A stretch of 64,000 nt of DNA from Bugula neritina (Eukaryota > Animalia > Bryozoa), in assembly GCA_964035545.1 (NCBI GenBank), contig OZ037772.1, positions 3,315,538 through 3,379,537 on the forward strand, given 5' to 3'. The notes under the pieces were generated by a model. That model searched no databases, was not told the origin of the DNA, and worked only from the letters and a program-made list of their open reading frames with translations. The stretch's first letter is position 1; each line of letters starts with the position of its first letter. The position numbers and the translations under genes are program-made. Positions 1 through 8,900 of the stretch are shown here, one piece after another.

Positions 1-1889
1 GTCGCCACGCCGTTTCGACCGACAACGTGCCCCAGGTACTTGACCTCCGGCTGCAATAGAGCGCACTTGGAAAGTTTGAGCTTAAGACCGGCACCTCGGA
101 GTCTCTCGAAAACCTCCTGCAGACGACTGACATGTGTCTCGAAGTCTGGAGAGATTACGATGACATCATCGAGGTAGACCAGCAGTGTCTTCCAATGGAG
201 TCCGCTAAGGACTTGTTCCATCAGCCTCTGGAAGGTGGCTAGGGCGGAGGTTAACCCGAAGGGCAGCACCTTCCACTTCCACAAACCGTCCCGTGTGATA
301 AACGCCGCTTTCACTTGGGCGTCGGGACTCAGAGGAACCTGCCAATAGCCGCTTAGCAAGTCTAACGTACTGAAGTACTTGCTGCCGGCTAGGGCGTCCA
401 ATGACTCGTCAATACGAGGTAGAGGGTAGGCGTCCTGTATGGTTACGCTATTGAGTTTGCGGTAGTCCACACAGAACCGCCAACTGCCGTCTTTCTTCCG
501 GACCAGTACGACTGGCGAGCTCCACGCACTATGGGCGGGCTCTATCAGTCCCCGGTCCAGAAGATCCCGTACTTGTCGGCTAACCTCCTTCTCTTTTTCC
601 GGCCCCAGCCTGCGCGTGGGCTGCCGGACAGGGACTGTCCCTGCAGTCAGCGGTATTTCGTGTCTGACAATTCCAGTCAGTCCCACGTCATGCTCTCCGC
701 TGCTGAACACATCACCGTAGTCGCGTAGTAACTTAGCCATAGCTTGGCGTTCCCTGTTACTCGCGCAGCCGCCACTGGCTGTTTCATATAACTCCCGGAG
801 ATGTGTTGGGACTGCCCCTCGTCCCTGAATAGGGTGTCGAGGGAGTGCCTCTGTCGCATCATCCAGCGACGGGCCTACGTCTCCCTCCTGAACAGAGTGA
901 AAACGGTCCAGCATCGACCCAGCCGGGAGCTTGATAGGCTCGGTAAAGGGGTTGACGCACTGCACTAAGATCTCCCCTTGCTCAGTCAGCTGATTCAGAC
1001 TGCTGGCAAGTTGGATCTTTTCGTGCGCGCCTTCAACCACCCCGAGTCCAGAGATCCGGCTACTATTCACCCTGCAGTGAATGGTAGCCCGGGAGCGGCC
1101 TGGTATGGTACGGTTGCGTACCACTTGCACACCTCCCACTAAAGGGCAGCCAAACTTGTCGACGCAGGCGAGTTCCCGCCCGGACATCATCATTGCAGAT
1201 CTGCTAAAATCTATGTGACATCCGTGCCGTTTAAGGAACGGCATCCCGAGGATAGCATCCTCCTTGAGCTGACTGACGATGAACGTCTCTTGGATCGTTT
1301 GATCGCGGACTCGTCCCGTCAGCTCAATTATACCATAGAAGGGAAGGCACGACCCGTCAGCTAGGGTGCCGTATTCCCCTTCGTATGCTTCCATCTCGCC
1401 CCTGACCCTAGCACTGAGGGTGTCGAAGAGTTGGCGGCTTAAGAGGTTTGTGGTACAGCCCGAATCAATGAGAAAAGTAACAGCTTTGCCTTCCAGTTTA
1501 CCGGGCAAGAAATAGCTGTTCCCATGGGGCTGCACCTGAACTCTCCCTTCAGGCCTTACTCTCGCAGGGAGTACCTCCCTCGCTTTGGGTCGCGAAGGAG
1601 GTCTCTTGGGACGGTGATAGGTAGGCCTCGGGGGTGCCGAGGCTAGATTCTCAGCTACCTTTGTGTGCTCCCATCCAGATTCTTGGACTTGTAGCCCTGT
1701 GAATCTGTTGTGAAGGGGCATAGAAAAGGCAGCCGCGGGGCGCAGCCCTTTGCTGGTCCGTCGTGGCTGTTGCCACTGTTGGTTGCCAGTACGCGGTACC
1801 CGTCTGGGTGACCTGCGTTTCTTCTTCCCTAGAGGTTTCATCGTCGGCCCGCGGAAGGTGGGAACATCTGCGGGCCGCGGTAGTTTAAC
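1..1889 (-). CDS. pol: Pol of element A (protease, RT), partial; reached by -1 frameshift
   Basis: The -1 frame from the slippery site reads ...WQQPRRT...FSMPLHNRF... and the region contains DSG and YLDD motifs. Missing from the ORF track, consistent with the frame running off the window edge. Confidence 0.88.
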
Positions 1890-2787
1890 CCCTGATTTAG
1901 GAAGGGACAATATCGGCGGAAATGTCCTTGATTTCCGCACTCCCAGCAAAAACTGACTGTTTCTCCCTGTGGCGGCGCCGATGGCCGCATGGGCTCTGGG
2001 GCGGTACTCACTGGGTTTTGTGGTGTCAGTGTTGCTATCAGCTTGGCTAGCATGTCCGTCAGTTGAGTGACTTTTGATGCCGTCGCCAACTGGGACACGG
2101 CAGCCGCGGCGGGGGTTTCCTCCCCTTGTCGGCCGTGTCTGCGCGGTCTATTTCCACTTGGCGGGAGCTTCCGCGACTTTTATGCATTTGGTTAGCTAGG
2201 AGGTAAGCTTCCCCCTCAGTCAGAGCATCTTCAACGGTGGTGACTCCCCTAGCTAGAAACTGGTGGTGGAGACCCAGATCGTCGACAGATGCTATGAAAG
2301 CGTCGAGGGTGTACCTCTCGCGGTTGACTGGGGGCAAGTCGCTGTACGCGATCTGTGCCAGCTTCATGACCGCGGCGGCATGCTCCCACAGCGGGGTGCG
2401 GGGATCACGCCGCAACCTCTGCAATCGGGCCCTGGCATCTGTAGCAGAGAGGCCAAAGCGGGCCCGCAGAGAAGCAAAGATATTAACAATGTCTACGCCC
2501 AGCCCATAGGGCTTGGCTTTGTCCATCAATGCCATTCTAAGCTTCAGCAGGGCCACCCTAGGGGGCCACTGAGCGACGTCCATTACGTCGCTAAACTCTT
2601 GGATAAATTGTTCCACCTCCTCTTCACCCGTGAAGGTGGGCGCCTTTAACCTGTAGCGGTCTTCAGCTAGTTCTCGCGGAACCCTTCGCTCTTCTACTAC
2701 ATGGTTAACAGGCATTGTCTCTACAGCATTGTCTCTATGCTCACCTTCAATTGCCGGTGGTTGAGTTCCAGCATTTTCAGTCTCCAT
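1838..2787 (-). pseudogene. gag: Gag of element A (capsid-like domain plus CCHC knuckle), split by a frameshift near 2100-2125
   Basis: ORF 2059-2787 (PTFTGEEEVEQFIQEF...WP) continues in ORF 1838-2098, which has CWECGNQGHFRRYC and ends like gag of C (GLNYRGPQ vs ALNCHGPR). Confidence 0.85.
1845..1889 (-). promoter_or_regulatory. Predicted -1 ribosomal frameshift signal (G_UUA_AAC, 5-nt spacer, GC stem-loop)
   Basis: Minus strand GGG TTA AAC taccg CGGCCCGC...GCGGGCCG, in phase with gag. Pol lies in the -1 frame. Confidence 0.8.
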
Positions 2788-2799
2788 CTTGGATGCACT

Positions 2800-2817
2800 A
2801 TCCCACCGCTGCCACCA
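2800..2817 (-). promoter_or_regulatory. Primer binding site, tRNA-Leu
   Basis: TGGTGGCAGCGGTGGGAT 1 nt after the LTR, complementary to the tRNA-Leu 3' end (...ATCCCACCGCTGCCA-CCA). Confidence 0.9.
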
Positions 2818-2818
2818 C

Positions 2819-3124
2819 TGTTAAGATTTCCAGATTTAGGGTTGATGTGCTATCCAGAGAGTCTATTTATCTACTATAGAACTACACCAGGCTAAGTCGA
2901 GTGAACGAGTATATTTTATACACAACTATACATTATAAAACACGATACATTATTTCCAAACAAGTTACACATCTAATCTATTTCACACTCTAGCTTCAAC
3001 TGAGTTAGCAGCGGGAAACTACAATTGCTGCTAACTATCAACTACGCTAATTGGCTATCCATTGTTCCGGGTCAATTACGCGACCCTACATGTTGTGCTG
3101 CTGGTAGTTCCACGAACCACCACA
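2819..3124 (-). repeat. 5' LTR of element A (306 bp)
   Basis: TGTGGTGGTTCGTGGAACTACC...TTAACA on minus, colinear with the 305-bp LTR of C. Confidence 0.9.
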
Positions 3125-3669
3125 CCATGAATAGATTGCAAGTGATCAGCATGATGATGATGATTGCTTTTCACCATCGAAGGTCAAACTTTGTAATTGC
3201 AGCTTGAAATGTAAAATTAAATAATATTACTTTTATTTAATTATACAAGTATAACTTACTATCATAACATTCAACTTTATGTAGTCATTATGAACATGAT
3301 AACGGTTTACCTTTTACTTTAGGTGATCATTATACTATTCACGATTATCATTATGTCTACCATTATGATTATCTCAACTTTAACCTATCAATTACGATAA
3401 TTAACCATTTATTTTTTAATGATAAAAACTTAAATCATTGAATGAACACTAAAAGTAATTTAAATTCACACTTTTATTATCATAACTATCAAATTAATAT
3501 TAATAGGCATATTTGATTTTTAGATTACAATAATAATTATCAAATCATGGTATAGAATTAAATATTATAGTTAATATTATTATAAATATAATTAATATAA
3601 TTGTATTGATTGAAACTAAAATAGTAAGGTAAACTAAATGAATTATCGACATGAGTATGAGTATGAGTA

Positions 3670-4060
3670 GGCCACAACTAGAAGGTGCAGCAGCAATTTG
3701 AGATCCCCGTTTGCAATACCTCATCAAAGATATAGAACAGGTGCAAAATAATGCAATCAGATTCATTGCTAAATTGAAAGGCAAAGACAGTATCACTGTG
3801 AAGCGTGACAAACTAAACCTAGAATCTCTCCCCGACAGACGCTTCAAGCTGAGGCACAAGTTACTGTTGCGACTTCTATCTAATGAGGGAAATCAGGCAT
3901 CTCTAACCAACTCCTATGAACTGATGAACAGTAAAACCTAAAATACTAGGTTTACTAAGGCATCAAGCAGGGACGATCCCTTAACCATTTTTGCAAAATC
4001 AGCAGCCTACTACAGCAGCTTCTTTCCAAAAACAGCCCGAGAGCTTAAGTCTATGCTAAA
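3670..4060 (+). mobile_element. Degraded LINE 3' fragment (post-RT region, CR1/L2/Jockey-like)
   Basis: LEGAAAI*DPRLQYLIKDIEQVQNNAIRF...LNLESLPDRR resembles the WDP...LEKVQRRAARF...LxLxxLxxRR motif. Second copy at about 56460-56855. Confidence 0.75.
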
Positions 4061-4194
4061 TAATTAGTCAATGCACCAGAGTTGTATATGTGCAACATAC
4101 TGAAAATACTTGCTAGCCTGTAATCGGCAACTGTAGAGGTGTGCTTCTTGCTACATGCTCTAATGCGTGTAAGAGGTAAGAGGACTATCAATAT

Positions 4195-4471
4195 TGTAGT
4201 AATTTGTGTAACTACTATGCGTGGGTTCCTAGCTTGTAATTATGTCTATTTATCTACACCAATAAAGTATTTAGGTAAAAGTTTCCAAGTTTATTTACTA
4301 CTAATTATACAAAAGATACAGCATGTACACAGATTAGAGATTACATCCTCGCTTAGTTAGCACGCTCTCTCTACTGCAAAACTACTACTAACTAAGGCCT
4401 ATCACGTGACGCACTTGGATAGGCTGAAGGAATGCGGGGGGGGGGGACGCGCGTATTACGTCCTCACTACA
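4195..4471 (-). repeat. 3' LTR of element B (277 bp)
   Basis: Direct repeat of 11504-11777 with TG...CA ends. Confidence 0.97.
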
Positions 4472-4502
4472 CCGCCCCCCCAGCAGAAAGCCCTACTTTC
4501 TG
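4472..4502 (-). promoter_or_regulatory. Polypurine tract and upstream hairpin of element B
   Basis: Minus strand CAGAAAG-taggg-CTTTCTG-ctGGGGGGGCGG immediately before the 3' LTR. Confidence 0.75.
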
Positions 4503-4828
4503 ATAACACAGATACGATAATTCGAACATAAAATGTTATAAAACTATATATATATAAAAAAACTGAGAGAGCGTGTGGCACATAAAGAAAAACATGGCTA
4601 TGTACAGTAGTAAGAAACATATACATATATAAAAAATATAACAGTAAATATACAATGGCACCGGCGGGAGGCACTATAAGGGGATAGTTTGTAGAGGTAG
4701 AGCTGTATACTGGTAGGTTACTATATTGTTACACTGAGTAATTGTTTGTGAGCACCGGCGTGAGAAGGGTCTGTAATGGGGCACCACCTGCTGTACCATC
4801 ACGGATAGGGAGAGGAGGGACATCATCT

Positions 4829-5917
4829 TCAAGCACTTCCTTTCATTTGGGCTACAGAGGCAGAGAGGGCCCGGAGTTCTGATGCGGCGGCGGAGATTCT
4901 CGGTGTCAGTCTTTGCACCTCTTTCTCTAATTCTCGTATCCGCTCTTCTGTCTCGCCTAGATTCCTGGCAGGGGCAGAGTGTCGATTGGGGGATGAAGAT
5001 GGCCAACGCCGTTTACGAGACGGCCTTGGGGAGACAGGGGGGGAGGGACGCCATCGCTGTGGTATATCGATGCGTCGTAACACGACTCTTGGTATGGAGT
5101 CGGGGCGAGGCACTGTGCGTGTGGGGGGTGAGGAATGGGATATGCGTGGTTTCCTATATCCGGGTGGTTTAGGGCAGGGTCCCTGTGTGATGGTCCTGGG
5201 TGCGGGGAACTCCTGACGCAGCCGTTCATATCGAACTGGGTCTGATATGAACGGTCGGATGAGATTAAGGAATTGTGGAAAGGAGGGTTCGTCGACTTCG
5301 AACAGGTGTCCAACATGGCATCCCATAGTTCGCTGGTGACGGAGGATGTAGTCCCTGTGGTAACTATATTCACCACAGGGACAAAAGGTGGTGAAATAAT
5401 GTTGGGGAATATGAACTCGAAGTCTTCGTGGGGTAGTGAAGTGAAGCTGGCATAAACGGCAGGTGGTGCATTGGTCGTCTCCCTTGTGCTCTCGTATCAG
5501 TGTTTCCGTATCTGTTGCAACCCAGCATGATTGTTGTAGGAGTGCCTCCGGAAGAGTAGTGGGAATGGGTTCCTCGTTCCAAGCCATTTCTAGTGACGGC
5601 ATGTCACCAGATAGAGGAGAGAGAGCGGTATCTAAAAGAGCAGAATTACTGTTAGATCGAATATGATCTTCACACCATAATTCTGATGACAACCGACTGT
5701 TACTAGTCTGGGAGTCATACATCTTTTCAGATAGCACTCGAGGGACTGAGTCGTGTCGTGTAGACTGACAGAGAGACATAGTGTCAAGCTCCAGATCTAG
5801 TAGATCGTCGGCCATCTTTATGTTCTCGTCGCCTTTCACGTAAGACTCAGTCCCCAGTAGTTGTGATTCAATCAAGGCGATTAAATCAGAACTGACTGAT
5901 GGTAGACTGGTTTCCAT
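4829..5917 (-). CDS. ORF3 of element B: zinc-finger / coiled-coil protein (362 aa), not env
   Basis: Intact ATG ORF between pol and the 3' LTR. CRLC-x12-H-x3-H, CPC-x12-H-x5-C, PRVVL and C-terminal heptads. Homologous over its length to 51865-52938. Confidence 0.9.
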   Translation of the reverse strand: METSLPSVSSDLIALIESQLLGTESYVKGDENIKMADDLLDLELDTMSLCQSTRHDSVPRVLSEKMYDSQTSNSRLSSELWCEDHIRSNSNSALLDTALSPLSGDMPSLEMAWNEEPIPTTLPEALLQQSCWVATDTETLIREHKGDDQCTTCRLCQLHFTTPRRLRVHIPQHYFTTFCPCGEYSYHRDYILRHQRTMGCHVGHLFEVDEPSFPQFLNLIRPFISDPVRYERLRQEFPAPRTITQGPCPKPPGYRKPRISHSSPPTRTVPRPDSIPRVVLRRIDIPQRWRPSPPVSPRPSRKRRWPSSSPNRHSAPARNLGETEERIRELEKEVQRLTPRISAAASELRALSASVAQMKGSA

Positions 5918-5982
5918 GAGTGGAAATGTTAGCTCAGAGCAAGCTTACCTGAGAACCCGGTATTTGTAATCATACTCAGCGT

Positions 5983-8900
5983 TCAAGCTTGGATGTCCGT
6001 GGATTGAGTTTGAATGCGTCTTCCCTTGACAACGTCAGCGTACGAAAAGACTGGGCAGCGTGGTTGTTGCGCACGGCTGGAACTATTTGCCCCGGGCGTA
6101 GTAGTTTTGTTTACTACTCCGCCTTCGCAAAAGTTGAGATTTCCGTGGTGTTCACAACTCCCACGCTTTGTTGCCAGTCCTTCCGTACGGCGCCCAGCTA
6201 GACTTTCATAACTGCCGTTTGTAACACGGTCACATATGAAATCTTTAAGGTATGCTGGGGGTTGTCTAGTACGCTGTCCCCGTTCCAGGGGAGGTGACGC
6301 ATCAGCTGGAGAGGGAGTTGTAGCTGTTGGTTGGGGCGGCGTACTCACTGGTGGGCTATTTTGCTCCACCTGTGGTGTTTCTGGCCCGCCGTTGGTGGTG
6401 GTGTTCCCCTCTCCGCTGTTGTCTCCAGATGGAGCCCCTCCCACGGGGGGGTTTTGCACTTCCGGACGCGGATGCGGAACCGGAAGTGGTGGGGGTAGAC
6501 TTGGTACTGGGGGCGGTGGGCGCACTTCCGTTGGTGGGAGTGGCGTCTCCTGCCTCACCAAGTCCTCTCCCCGCGGCACAACCACTTCGTATTCTGGTCC
6601 ATGCCGTTGCCGCCCGCGCGTTACTGTCTGCCTCCTGGGCTCCAACAACGGGGGGGCTGCTCCTGCTGCTCCTGGGCTAGCCCAATACGGTTTCAAGCGG
6701 GTTTCGTTCTGGACAGAGACCTGTCCAGATCGCTCCAACTTGTACGTATGATTGGGCATAGCCTCAACTACTACGTAGGGTCCCACAAACTTAGGCTGGA
6801 GCTTAGCCGCTTGTCCTCGACGCCTACGGTAGTTGATCATCCACACCCAGTCCCCAGTTTGATAGAGGGGTGGTTCCTGAGAGTCCTCTCGCCGTACCTG
6901 CCACTGCTTCGCCCGCAGTATTTCGTGTGTGGCCCTCAGGTCCTCTATCAATTTACTGGCATACTCGTGGATGGTATAGTCCTGCTCTGGGATGTGGTAT
7001 GTGAGGTGGTCAGGCACTCGCGTCTCTCGACCGAGCATCAGGAGGTTAGGGGTTTCCCCCGTACTGGTGTGTGGTGTACTACGGTAGGCCCGCATGACTT
7101 GCGGTAGTACCGTATCCCACTCCTCCTGACCCCGGCCGAGGAGCAGACTGCGCAGTGCATCGCCCAACATGCGATTGTTGCGTTCCACCACCCCGTTGCC
7201 CTGAGGATGGTATGGGATGGTCCTGCTTTGGTTTACTCCCCAGAGGCGGCAGAGGTCGCTCAACAGTTGGGACTGGAATTGAGCCCCCTGGTCCGAATGT
7301 ATTTGCTCAGGTAGTCCAAGATAGCAGAATACATTTTGGTCCAGCACCCTGGCCACCGTGGGGGCGGACGCATCTGGAATAGCCAGGGCATCCGCCCACC
7401 GTGTAAAGTGGTCGGTTAATACTAGGATCCAACTGTTTCCTCTGGGGGTGACGGGCATGGGTCCGACTAGGTCGATAGCTACCACCTGCCATGGCCTTCC
7501 AGCATATAGCCGACGCCGTCCCGCTTCACCAGGGAGACGGCCATGCTTGCTGGCCTGGCAGATTTCGCATTGTTTGACTCTACGCCGCACCTCACGCTCC
7601 ATGCCGGGCCAGTACCACCGGAGTTGTAACTTGGAGAGCACCCTGCTCACCCCGGCGTGGGCATGCTTGTGGGTGTCCCATACTAACTCCCGGCGTATGG
7701 CGGCTGGGCAGATCACCCTTTTCCTGCCGTACTGGTTGTTGTGAGCAGCCACTGTGATGGTCAGCAGACCATCTGGCCCGATCCGCAGGGAGTCCCAACG
7801 TTGGCAGTACGACCGTAACTCGGTGCATCCCTGCCGCAGTTGTTCTTCACTGGGTCGTCGCCCCTCCTTTTTGGCACGATATACGTCGGCTACCACTCCA
7901 GGGAGGTCCTCCTGGAGTCTTCGTAGCTCCCTAACGTTATCAGCCAAGACAGGATTGGCACGGAGGCGTTGGATAGCCTCCGGGGGCGTAGCGGCCTTCT
8001 GTAGGAGTTGACTCTGGTCCCAGTCATACTCCGTTTCAGAGTGGTTCAGTGCTCTCAACTCGGATTTTGGAGGACCTCCGTCCCTCTTCTCGATGTTGAG
8101 GCACTGTTTACACCCCTCGTCCGGTCGCCGGCTCAGTCCATCAGCATTGCCGTGTTTCTTACCGGGTCGGTGTTCGATCCGGTAAGAGAACTCGGCCAGG
8201 ACCTCGAGCCATCGGGCGACTTGGCTGGACGGTTCTGCTCTCTTACATAACCAAATCAAGGAGACGTGGTCGGTCCGCAAGCAGAACTTCCTGCCGTATA
8301 GATAAGGTCTGAAATGCTTCACCGACTTGATTACTGCCAGCAATTCCTTTCGGGTAGTGCAGTAATTTCGTTCAGTGGGCGAGAGAGACTTACTGTAGTA
8401 GGCCACGACTACTTCGCGGCCCTCCTGCACCTGGGACAGCACAGCGCCGACATTTTGGTCACTGGCGTCAGTATCGAGGATGTACTCCAGGGCAGGGTCT
8501 GGATAGGCCAGGATAGGGGCCTCCAGCAGGCGGCCTTTGAGGCAGTCGAACGCTCTCTGTTCGACGGGAGTCCACTGCCAGGTCACCCCCTTTGCGGTGA
8601 GCCGGTTTAACGGCTGCGCTACCCCCGCAAAGTCTGGTATGTATTGCCTGTAATACCCTACCAGCCCCAGGAAAGCGCGTAGCCCGGTCAAATCCTGGGG
8701 GGTTACCCAATCTTCTATAGCTCGTACCTTTTCAGGATCCGTCGCCACGCCGTGGCGGCCGACGATGTGCCCCAGGTACTTCACCTCTGGCTGCAAGAGA
8801 GCGCACTTGGAGGGTTTGAGCTTCAGATTGGCGCCTCGGAGTCGATCGAAGACCTCCCGCAGACGGCTGACGTGCGTCTGAAAGTCTGGGGAGATCACGA

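Larger units (their letters stand above)
1..3124 (-). mobile_element. Ty3/Gypsy LTR retrotransposon A (5' part only; 3' part lies left of the window)
   Basis: 5' LTR 2819-3124 with TG...CA ends, homologous to the LTR of element C. PBS adjacent, then gag, protease (FLIDSGCTTN) and RT (YLDD near 165-180) on the minus strand. Confidence 0.95.

Noticed and set aside
4456-4674. Hydrophobic ORFs in the 3' UTRs of B (4456-4674) and C (52922-53251) as a fourth, membrane protein
   Set aside because: U-rich sequence gives Phe/Leu/Tyr by default, the listed starts are non-ATG, and similarity is limited to the hairpin region. Not supportable without more copies.
4829-5917. ORF3 as an envelope gene
   Set aside because: No signal peptide, fusion peptide or transmembrane anchor; it has zinc fingers and a basic patch instead.
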